Assembly (NCBI RefSeq): GCF_018398935.1
Contig: NZ_CP074694.1
Coordinates: 6,510,001-6,542,000, forward strand
DNA from: Telmatocola sphagniphila
GTDB lineage: Bacteria; Planctomycetota; Planctomycetia; Gemmatales; Gemmataceae
DNA: 32,000 nucleotides
Reading direction: 5' to 3'
Below the pieces are notes generated by a model that saw only the letters and a program-made list of their open reading frames with translations, did no database searches and was not told the origin of the DNA. The position numbers were made by a program, and so were the translations under genes. Shown piece by piece: positions 24,731 through 32,000 of the stretch; position 1 is the first letter of the stretch, and every line of letters begins with the position of its first letter.

Positions 24731-27037
24731 TTAACCATTTCCGCCACCCGGTCCTCCTCCACCCCCAGGCCCACCACGACCGCCGCCAGGACCTCCCGGT
24801 CCGGGACGTCCGCCTGGTCCACCGGGGACACCCGGCCCACCCGGTCCACCGGGTGCACCTGGACCACCTGGGAAGCCTGAACCTGGACCTGCACCATTGT
24901 TATTCTGTGCGGCCACAGGGGGTTCCAGCTTCAACTCTTCGGTCGGCGACCGTTCTTTCTTCATGTAATCGATCCAGTTCTTGCCCATGCCCATGAAGGC
25001 TTCCACCTTGAGCGATTCATCCTGAACGAACGATTCCGAAAGTTTGAAAGCATGTCCGAACGCCGAAATCAGAGCGGCTTCATCCAGTTCCACATCCCGT
25101 GGCATGGTGGCCAATTCTTTGAGATACTTTTCGAACTCGTCGTAGCGCTGCTTCATCAGGTAATAAGTCAGCGCCCAGGCAAGCGTACGGGCTTTAAGCA
25201 GCATTTTTTGCGAGTCCGGCAATCCAAGTCCGCTCAGGAGGCTCTTGGCGTCTTCTTCGTGGTTGCCCCGGCCGCCGCCATCCACGGTGTTATTCGAACC
25301 GCCAGTCAATTCGCGAGCGTGTTCCTCGAGCTTGGCCAGGTCGTGGGCGGCGCTGAAATAATCGTCACTCAGTGTCGCGTGGAGCAGGTTGGCCTCATTA
25401 AAAGGATTCTTGGGATCCCGCATGAGTTCTTTGTTAACCAGCATTTCCGTGAAGAAACGCATGTAAGACCAGTTGGGGGCACCCGCGCCAGGCCAGAAGG
25501 CCACCTTGACGGGAGCACCGTGAGGGAAATTGCCCTTCGGAGTCGCGAAGAAGCTGGCAAGACCAAATCGCAGCCACTTAGGAGCCGGCGCCGTTGCAGG
25601 CACCAGATTCGTCGCGGCCATCAATAGCTGTGTCCCTTCATGGGTCGCCGCGGCGATTTCCGCTTCTTCTTGAAGAGCGACATCGACCAAAGCCAGCGTC
25701 TGCGCTCGAATTACTTCCTTAACCAACTTCCCGGTACCAATGGTTTTAGTACCGGGGGGGAACTTACCGGCGAGAAGATCTTCTCGACTGAAGTTGCTGC
25801 TCAGACTGAAATCGCGATAGACCGGCGTGGTCATGGAACTGGTGAAAGTGCGGGCCGGCAAATCGAGTCGTTGCAGGGACAGGATGGCCACATTTTCCGA
25901 TTGGAGGATGAAGCCGTCGTTGACCATGTCGGTCACTTCGAAGGCCGATTTCTGATCCCGGAATCTTTCGGCGTCATTCAGAATGGCAACAACCATTTTT
26001 TCCTTGATCGGCGGCAGAGCCTGGCCGCGAAGCGCGAACCAGAGATAGAAGTTCTGGTACGCTTTTTCGAAATGGCCCAAACGGCGGAGGATGCCATCGC
26101 GTTCCGGTTCCTGCGAGGTATGCACAATGGCGAAGTGCTCGCTGGTTAATTTGGTCGCGTTGAGCTGTTTGGTCCACTTGTTGGCCGTCGTCTCGACCGT
26201 GGTCGGGCTCGTCAGATAAGGCTTGATTTTCTTGTAGGCCTCGATGGCCTTGGTGACCCGCTCCGAGGGGTTTTTGATTTCATTCTTGTCAATCTTTTCG
26301 ATCAACTCGTCCAGAGTGGAAGCGGCCTTGTTGGGCAAGCCTCGACCCAGCGCGAAATCGGCATCCGCCAGGAAAGCTTCGGGTACGTTATGGGCGTTCT
26401 TGTGGTGATTTTCAAAAGCTTTTAGGGGGGTGGCGATGATCGAGCCCGGCAAACGGGGGTTCGGATTCGGCATGCGTGCGAAATCGACCAGAATCTCCGA
26501 GCGATCCTGGAACAGGAACGTTCGACCCCATTTTGTCTGAATGCTGACGGGGAGAGTGCCAATCCCCGCCCGACGTTCTTCCGGCAGGATCTTGTCTACT
26601 TGAAGCACAACCGTGACGTAATCGTTGGGATTCAACGTGACGTGAGTAATACTGGAGTTCTGGCCGGCATTACCTTGGCCGCCGCCGGGACCACCTGGCA
26701 CGCCGGGAGCGCCTGGGCCACCTCCTCGAGGAGCCCCGGGTCCACCGGGTACCCCCGGACCACCGCCGCGCGGTCCCGGACCACCGGGTACGCCAGGGCC
26801 ACTGGGTCCACCGGGACCACTGGGTCCGCCGGGGGAAGGAGGGCCGCCGCTACCGCCGGGTCCGCCGGGCACACCGGGTGAACCCGGATTGCCTTTTCCA
26901 CCTGGCCCCGAATTACCAGCCATGCTTTGGCTTTCGGAGTTCTTGAGTATCACGCGAATAATGACGTAATCTGCCAGAACCGAGGAGACGGAACCCCAGA
27001 GTGCCACTACCGATGCGAGGAGGAAAAATCGCCTCAT
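24731..27037 (-). CDS. Secreted DUF1570-like protein flanked by Gly/Pro-rich low-complexity segments (hypothetical)
   Basis: Start trimmed to the ATG at 27037, giving the signal peptide [24 protein letters not shown]. The core contains ATHEGTQLL...[13 protein letters not shown], which resembles the DUF1570 HExxH...W(L/V)xEGLAxYFE pattern as I recall it. GP-rich segments lie at both ends. Confidence 0.7.
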   Translation of the reverse strand: MRRFFLLASVVALWGSVSSVLADYVIIRVILKNSESQSMAGNSGPGGKGNPGSPGVPGGPGGSGGPPSPGGPSGPGGPSGPGVPGGPGPRGGGPGVPGGPGAPRGGGPGAPGVPGGPGGGQGNAGQNSSITHVTLNPNDYVTVVLQVDKILPEERRAGIGTLPVSIQTKWGRTFLFQDRSEILVDFARMPNPNPRLPGSIIATPLKAFENHHKNAHNVPEAFLADADFALGRGLPNKAASTLDELIEKIDKNEIKNPSERVTKAIEAYKKIKPYLTSPTTVETTANKWTKQLNATKLTSEHFAIVHTSQEPERDGILRRLGHFEKAYQNFYLWFALRGQALPPIKEKMVVAILNDAERFRDQKSAFEVTDMVNDGFILQSENVAILSLQRLDLPARTFTSSMTTPVYRDFSLSSNFSREDLLAGKFPPGTKTIGTGKLVKEVIRAQTLALVDVALQEEAEIAAATHEGTQLLMAATNLVPATAPAPKWLRFGLASFFATPKGNFPHGAPVKVAFWPGAGAPNWSYMRFFTEMLVNKELMRDPKNPFNEANLLHATLSDDYFSAAHDLAKLEEHARELTGGSNNTVDGGGRGNHEEDAKSLLSGLGLPDSQKMLLKARTLAWALTYYLMKQRYDEFEKYLKELATMPRDVELDEAALISAFGHAFKLSESFVQDESLKVEAFMGMGKNWIDYMKKERSPTEELKLEPPVAAQNNNGAGPGSGFPGGPGAPGGPGGPGVPGGPGGRPGPGGPGGGRGGPGGGGGPGGGNG
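24734..24904 (-). repeat. Coding Gly/Pro-rich low-complexity segment (C-terminal 57 aa)
   Basis: [57 protein letters not shown]. Synonymous codons are mixed, so this is not a simple DNA tandem repeat. Confidence 0.85.
26660..26917 (-). repeat. Coding Gly/Pro-rich periodic segment (86 aa, just after the signal peptide)
   Basis: PGVPGGPG occurs four times with a ~13-17-aa period: [40 protein letters not shown] and [12 protein letters not shown]. Confidence 0.85.
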
Positions 27038-27248
27038 GGAGGGGATCTCTCTAATTAGAAGAATAGGTATGTGTCGAAACGTAAGATCATTGTCTGCCAA
27101 TATATGCCCGTCCGCAAGGGGAAAGGCATGAATTTTTGGCCGGCAAAACCTCTGCGCTTACGTATTATCAACAACTCAGATAGAATTTCGTTGGCGGATC
27201 GGCCAAGATAGTAGTAAATGCATTGTAATTTCACCTAGTGAGACCGGG

Positions 27249-29270
27249 ATGGGTCTGCCATTTCAGCTGTCTGGCGAGTACGAACCTGCCGGAGATCAAC
27301 CTAAAGCCATCAAGCAACTCCTCGAAGGTTTTGCGGCCGGGAAGAAGTATCAAGTGCTTCTGGGGGCTACCGGAACGGGTAAAACCTTCACGGCGGCCAA
27401 CATTATCGCCGCCCTGAACAAACCGACGCTCGTCTTGGCCCACAACAAGACTCTGGCGGCCCAGCTCTACAAGGAGTTGAAGAACTTCTTCCCCCACAAT
27501 GCGGTCAATTATTTCGTCAGCTATTACGACTATTACCAGCCGGAAGCCTACATTCCCCAGCGCGATATCTACATCGAAAAAGATTCGAGCATCAACGAAA
27601 ATATCGACCGGTTGCGACTGGCGGCCACCAGTGCCCTGGTCAGCCGGCAAGATGTGATTATCGTGGCTTCCGTTTCCTGCATCTACGGGTTGGGTTCCCC
27701 CAGCGACTACAAGCGGATGATGGTCTATCTCCCCAAAGGAGAGGTGATCGAACGGGACAAATTGCTGTTGAAACTGGTCGATATCCAGTATCAGCGCAAC
27801 GATATCGCCTTCGAACGCGGGAAGTTTCGCGTTCACGGCGATGTGATCGAAGTCTGGCCGGCGCATGAGGAAATTGCCCTGCGAATCGAGCTGTTCGGCG
27901 ATGAACTCGAGCGATTGTTCGTTATCAACCCGACCTCCGGCGAAGTACTACAGGAGAAGGACGAACTCTACATCTTCCCGGCCAAGCACTTCGTCACGAC
28001 CGAGGAACGGGTTCGAATTGCCATAGAAGGCATTGAGAAAGAATTAAACGAACGGCTTGAACAGTTCAAAAAGGAAGGAAAACTGCTCGAAGCGGAACGG
28101 CTGAAAGCCCGCTGCCGTTATGATCTGGATATGCTCCGAGAAGTCGGCTACTGCTCGGGCATCGAGAACTACGCCCGCTGGTTTTCCGGCCGTAAACCGG
28201 GGGAGCCACCCTATACGCTCATCGATTTTTTTCCGGAGGATTTCCTCTGTGTGGTGGACGAATCCCACGTCAGCCTACCGCAGGTGCGGGGCATGTATGC
28301 CGGCGACCGCAGCCGCAAGGAAACGCTGGTGGAGCATGGCTTCCGACTACCCAGCGCGCTCGATAATCGACCCATGAAATTCGAGGAATTTGTAAGCAGG
28401 TTGAAGCAGTGTCTTTGCATGTCGGCCACGCCGGGAGATGTGGAACTGAATTTCACGGGCGGGGAGGTCGTCGAACAGATCATTCGACCCACCGGGCTGG
28501 TCGATCCGGTGATCCACATCAAACCGGCCCGTGGCCAGGTGGCCGATCTCGCCACGGAAATCAAGCTCCGGGCTGATCGCCAAGAGCGGGTGCTGGTCAC
28601 CACGCTCACCAAAAGAATGTCCGAAGATTTAACTAACTACTTCAAGGACATCGGCTTGCGCTGCAAGTGGCTGCATAGCGAATTGGATGCTATCGAGCGT
28701 ATTACCGTTCTTAGAGAGTTACGCGAAGGGGCCTTCGACGTTCTGGTCGGGGTCAACCTGTTGCGCGAAGGGCTCGATCTCCCGGAAGTTTCGCTGGTGG
28801 CCATTCTGGATGCGGACAAGGAAGGGTTTCTGCGCAGCACCACTTCGATGATCCAAACCATCGGTCGAGCGGCCCGTAATGTCAACGCAGAGGTCATACT
28901 TTACGCCGACGGCATGACCGATTCCATGCAGCGGGCCATGAGCGAGACGGCACGCCGTCGCGAGGCGCAACTCGCTTACAACAAAGAGCATGGGATTACA
29001 CCGAGGACTGTAAAAACAGCGATCAAAAATTTCATTGAGGAAGAGATTCAATCCCATCAGATCGCGCAGGAAGCGGCCGGTAAATCCGAAGCGGACTATA
29101 TCACGGCGGAATACCTCGAGGAATTGCAGGCCGAAATGCTCAAAGCCGCCCAGGAACTCGATTTCGAGCGAGCCGCCACCCTTCGCGATAAGATTGCCAA
29201 ACTTAAGGGCGAAAATGTCGCATCCCCGCAGATTAAAAAGAAGCGAGGATCTAAGAAAAAATGGAATTAA
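27249..29270 (+). CDS. uvrB: Excinuclease ABC subunit B
   Basis: N-terminus [17 protein letters not shown], Walker [10 protein letters not shown], helicase motif [14 protein letters not shown]-terminal UVR domain [28 protein letters not shown]. Confidence 0.97.
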   Translation: MGLPFQLSGEYEPAGDQPKAIKQLLEGFAAGKKYQVLLGATGTGKTFTAANIIAALNKPTLVLAHNKTLAAQLYKELKNFFPHNAVNYFVSYYDYYQPEAYIPQRDIYIEKDSSINENIDRLRLAATSALVSRQDVIIVASVSCIYGLGSPSDYKRMMVYLPKGEVIERDKLLLKLVDIQYQRNDIAFERGKFRVHGDVIEVWPAHEEIALRIELFGDELERLFVINPTSGEVLQEKDELYIFPAKHFVTTEERVRIAIEGIEKELNERLEQFKKEGKLLEAERLKARCRYDLDMLREVGYCSGIENYARWFSGRKPGEPPYTLIDFFPEDFLCVVDESHVSLPQVRGMYAGDRSRKETLVEHGFRLPSALDNRPMKFEEFVSRLKQCLCMSATPGDVELNFTGGEVVEQIIRPTGLVDPVIHIKPARGQVADLATEIKLRADRQERVLVTTLTKRMSEDLTNYFKDIGLRCKWLHSELDAIERITVLRELREGAFDVLVGVNLLREGLDLPEVSLVAILDADKEGFLRSTTSMIQTIGRAARNVNAEVILYADGMTDSMQRAMSETARRREAQLAYNKEHGITPRTVKTAIKNFIEEEIQSHQIAQEAAGKSEADYITAEYLEELQAEMLKAAQELDFERAATLRDKIAKLKGENVASPQIKKKRGSKKKWN

Positions 29271-29354
29271 AAAGCGCTCGCCGGGGATTTGGGCAGTAGG
29301 GCAATCCCGTGTACAATAGCCCTAAGTGTATCCCTTATCCGCTACGAAGATTCC

Positions 29355-30749
29355 ATGCGCGATCTACCTCCCGATTTGTTTCACCGTCTGACCAATCACC
29401 GGCAGGAGCATCTGCTTCTGGGGTGGGAAAAATTAACTCACGCGGAGCGGTTGGCGTTCATCAATCAGATTGCTGGCATCGACCTCAGTTTGATCGATCG
29501 GCTTTACTCAAATCAGGATCAGCTTTTCCCGGCTCTGAATCCGGATCACATCAAGCCCGCCCCCCTCGAAGAAGCCGCTTCCGGGGACAGCGAAACCCGG
29601 GAAATCGGGCATCAAGCGCTTTCTAATGGCGAACTGGCGGTTCTGCTCGTTGCAGGCGGGCAGGGCAGTCGGCTGGGCTTCGATAAGCCCAAAGGGATGT
29701 ATCCGGTCGGGCCGATTTCCAACAAGACGCTCTTTCAGATCCACGTGGAGAAAGTATTCGCCCTGCGCCGGCGGTACACGCGGTCCATTCCCTTGCTGGT
29801 GATGACCAGCCCGGCCACCCACACCGATACAGAACAGTATTTCGAAGAAAACAACTACTTCGGGCTCCCGAAAGAAGACATCACGTTCTTTCAGCAGGGT
29901 ACGATGCCTTCGGTGGAAATTCAGACCGGACGGCTGCTCCTCGAAAAACCGGGGCTGATTTTCACCAGTCCCAACGGACACGGCGGCACGCTCACGGCCC
30001 TTTCGGAAACAGGTCTGCTCGATGATCTGAAACGTCGGGGCACCAAGCACCTGTTTTATTTCCAGGTCGATAATCCCCTGGTGAAAATTTGCGATCCCGC
30101 TTTTGTCGGCCGACACGTCGCTACTCGTTCGGAGCTTTCTTCGAAGGCGATCGCCAAGGAATATCCGAAAGAAAAAATGGGTGTTTTCGCGCTGATCAAT
30201 GGACGCTGCAACATCGTCGAGTACTCCGATTTACCGGATGAGCTTGCAAATGCCCGGAGCGAAAAAGGGGATTTACTGCACAAAGCGGGTAGCCCGGCCA
30301 TTCATATCTTCGAGATGGAATTTCTCGAGCGAATCACCCGAGGTGAACATCGTCTCCCTTTCCATGTCGCCCGCAAAAAAGTTCCCTGTCTCGATGCTAA
30401 CGGCCATTTCCACTCGCCTACGGTTGAGAATGCCCTGAAATTCGAGATGTTCATTTTCGATTCGCTGCCGCTGGCGGATCGCTGGTTATTGATTCTGGAG
30501 AAACGGCGGGAAGAGTTCGCCCCCCTGAAGAACGCCACCGGGGAGGATTCGCCCGAAGCCGTACGGCAAGCGCTGAGTAATCTGGCCGCCGACTGGTGCC
30601 GACACGCCAGGTTGCCCGTACCGGTTGATAAGAGCTTCAAGTCGCTGGTTCCGCTCGAGATTAGCCCCCGATTTGCCATGGATGCGGTGGAGTTTGCCGC
30701 ACGGGTGGGGCCGGTACAGAGCATCGATATGTCAAACTATTGGGAATAA
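29355..30749 (+). CDS. UTP-sugar-1-phosphate uridylyltransferase of the eukaryote-type UDPGP family (UDP-N-acetylhexosamine pyrophosphorylase-like)
   Basis: Signature LLVAGGQGSRLGFDKPKGMYPV (L-x2-GGQG-S/T-RLG-x3-PKG). Further family-like motifs are SPNGHGG, FYFQVDNPL and VEYSDLPDE. I prefer the ATG at 29355 over the track's TTG at 29289. Confidence 0.85.
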   Translation: MRDLPPDLFHRLTNHRQEHLLLGWEKLTHAERLAFINQIAGIDLSLIDRLYSNQDQLFPALNPDHIKPAPLEEAASGDSETREIGHQALSNGELAVLLVAGGQGSRLGFDKPKGMYPVGPISNKTLFQIHVEKVFALRRRYTRSIPLLVMTSPATHTDTEQYFEENNYFGLPKEDITFFQQGTMPSVEIQTGRLLLEKPGLIFTSPNGHGGTLTALSETGLLDDLKRRGTKHLFYFQVDNPLVKICDPAFVGRHVATRSELSSKAIAKEYPKEKMGVFALINGRCNIVEYSDLPDELANARSEKGDLLHKAGSPAIHIFEMEFLERITRGEHRLPFHVARKKVPCLDANGHFHSPTVENALKFEMFIFDSLPLADRWLLILEKRREEFAPLKNATGEDSPEAVRQALSNLAADWCRHARLPVPVDKSFKSLVPLEISPRFAMDAVEFAARVGPVQSIDMSNYWE

Positions 30750-30893
30750 TAACGATTTTAACACCTCGAAATCGCTGAGGAACTTCTCCGGATCCCCAGC
30801 GGCGGCGCAGCGTGCTATATAATCTTCCATCAGACCCAATTAGTGGAATCGCAGACAGTTAGAGCTAGCGGTTCCAATTTATCGAGATCCAAG

Positions 30894-31973
30894 ATGCTCC
30901 ATGCCATGATCATGGCCGGTGGTGGCGGCACCCGATTCTGGCCCCGAAGCCGCGTCAAAAAGCCCAAGCAATTCCTTACCTTTTCCGGCGATCGCACTCT
31001 CCTTCAATCGACTATTGATCGAACGGAATCTCAGGTTCCGACCGATCGTGTGTGGATCCTCACCAGTGCCGCACATCGGGCGGAAGCGATCCATCAATTG
31101 CCGGAGTTGGATGAGAATCACGTGGTTGGCGAACCGATGGGACGGGACACGGCTCCCTGCATCGCTTTGGGGGCCGCGCTGATCGCCAAGGAGCATCCGG
31201 CGGGCATTATCATCGTTATGCCGGCCGATCACCTCATTGAACCGGTACAGGAATTTCGCCGGGCGGTGCACGCCGCGGAGCAACTGGCCCTGGATCATCC
31301 CGAAGCGCTGATCACTTTCGGCATTCCACCTACCTATCCGGCGGTCGGCTACGGATATATCCAGCGTGGCGCCTCGGCGGGACAAAAGCAGAATGTCCCG
31401 GTTTATGAGGTGAAGCAATTCCGTGAGAAGCCGAATTTTGACGATGCGCAGAAGTACATCGCTTCCGGTGAGTTCTACTGGAACAGCGGCATTTTCGTCT
31501 GGAAGGTGTCGGCTATTCTCGGAGAATTGAAACGGCAAAAACCGGAAATGCTGGAAGTCGTGCAAAAAATCGCCGATGCCTGGGGCACCGCAGATCAGGA
31601 GCACGTCTTCCGGCAGGAATATCCCAAGGCCGAAAAGATCTCCATTGACTACGCAGTGATGGAGAAAGCGAAGCAGGTCCTCGTCCTGCAGGCTCCCTAT
31701 CAATGGGATGACGTCGGTAGCTGGTTGGCTCTGGAGCGACGCAATCCGCAGGATGCTCAGGGCAACACCATCCAGGCCAATCATGTGGGAATCGACACTT
31801 CCAATTGCGTGATCGCCGGGGATTCCGAACGATTGATTGCGACGATCGGTGTTTCCAATCTACTGATCATTCAGGATGGCGATGCCACCTTGATTGCGGA
31901 CCGTAAGGATGAAGCCGCCGTGAAGCAGATTGTGGACCGATTGAAAGCGCCTGGTCTGGACAAATTTCTGTGA
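30894..31973 (+). CDS. manC: Mannose-1-phosphate guanylyltransferase (short form, no C-terminal isomerase/cupin domain)
   Basis: N-terminal signature MIMAGGGGTRFWPRSR. Also PMGRDTAPCIALGA, VMPADHLI, FGIPPTYPAVGYGYIQ, EKPNFDDAQKYIASGEFYWNSGIFVW and IDYAVMEKA. I prefer the ATG at 30894 over the track's GTG at 30843. Confidence 0.88.
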   Translation: MLHAMIMAGGGGTRFWPRSRVKKPKQFLTFSGDRTLLQSTIDRTESQVPTDRVWILTSAAHRAEAIHQLPELDENHVVGEPMGRDTAPCIALGAALIAKEHPAGIIIVMPADHLIEPVQEFRRAVHAAEQLALDHPEALITFGIPPTYPAVGYGYIQRGASAGQKQNVPVYEVKQFREKPNFDDAQKYIASGEFYWNSGIFVWKVSAILGELKRQKPEMLEVVQKIADAWGTADQEHVFRQEYPKAEKISIDYAVMEKAKQVLVLQAPYQWDDVGSWLALERRNPQDAQGNTIQANHVGIDTSNCVIAGDSERLIATIGVSNLLIIQDGDATLIADRKDEAAVKQIVDRLKAPGLDKFL

Positions 31974-32000
31974 TAGCAGGTCGGCTGCTGGGAATGGACT

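Noticed and set aside
24724-24996. The + strand ORF here, the + strand ORF at 26600-26881 and the - strand alternate-frame ORF at 26632-26901, all overlapping the Gly/Pro-rich regions.
   Set aside because: They are alternative readings of the GGN/CCN-rich repeat DNA, which lacks stops in several frames. The - strand frame that continues into the DUF1570-like core, and begins with a signal peptide, is the coherent one.
26660-26917. Possible bacterial collagen-like (G-X-Y) triple-helix domain.
   Set aside because: The G-X-Y register holds for only about six triplets ([18 protein letters not shown]) before shifting. GG and GGG runs are frequent. The segment is better described as [10 protein letters not shown]-type low complexity than as collagen.
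27038-27248. SOS/LexA box upstream of uvrB.
   Set aside because: The divergent 211-bp region contains no CTGT...ACAG-type and no GAAC...GTTC-type palindrome (none of the tetramers CTGT, ACAG, GAAC or GTTC occurs). Only short palindromes (GCCGGC, ATGCC..GGCAT) of no recognised meaning are present. A lineage-specific LexA motif cannot be excluded.
30818-30823. Perfect TATAAT hexamer 70 nt upstream of the manC-like start, as a promoter -10 box.
   Set aside because: No TTGACA-like -35 element lies at 16-19 nt spacing (the region reads CCCAGC), and the promoter consensus of this lineage is uncertain. A single hexamer match is expected by chance in 32 kb.
1-32000. Scan for tRNA, rRNA, CRISPR repeats and long tandem or dispersed DNA repeats.
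   Set aside because: I found no T-loop-like GGTTCGAA context outside coding sequence, no rRNA-like conserved stretches and no regularly spaced direct repeats. The only repetitive DNA is the coding low-complexity listed under features. This was an eye scan only, so tRNAscan/Infernal and a repeat finder would be needed for certainty.

Overview
The window looks like a mostly ordinary chromosomal region of a moderately GC-rich bacterium. The gene content suggests Planctomycetota: a giant TM/coiled-coil/TPR protein, a DUF1570-like secreted protein, a sortilin/BNR propeller protein, a two-gene RND pump with no outer-membrane factor, and a eukaryote-type UDP-sugar pyrophosphorylase. This lineage call is inference from gene content, not a search result. 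I support 19 protein-coding genes. Clear housekeeping calls are uvrB, an rluD-type pseudouridine synthase, ggt, a YitJ-like homocysteine S-methyltransferase/MTHFR fusion, a UAP/UDPGP-family pyrophosphorylase, a short ManC-type guanylyltransferase, an RND adaptor plus permease pair, and a DinB-family protein. I recognised no rRNA, tRNA, CRISPR array, transposase or integrase. I did not find a convincing multi-gene novel system. The most unusual material is: (i) a ~2.6-kb low-GC islet (about 9740-12333) carrying a membrane-anchored degenerate WD40 propeller, a DMP19/DUF4375-like protein and a membrane-anchored CX5R phosphatase; (ii) a second ~1.1-kb low-GC islet (about 23612-24730) with a lone SUKH/SMI1-KNR4-like gene; (iii) a secreted DUF1570-like protein (24731-27037) whose apparent metal-binding motif is degenerate and which carries Gly/Pro-rich PGVPGGPG-type segments at both ends. 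Seven ORF-track starts look too long, and I trimmed them using signal peptides, conserved N-terminal motifs or a Shine-Dalgarno sequence. Two good intrinsic terminators and several weaker intergenic hairpins are listed. All domain calls are motif recognition by eye, and no searches or computations beyond hand counting were run.
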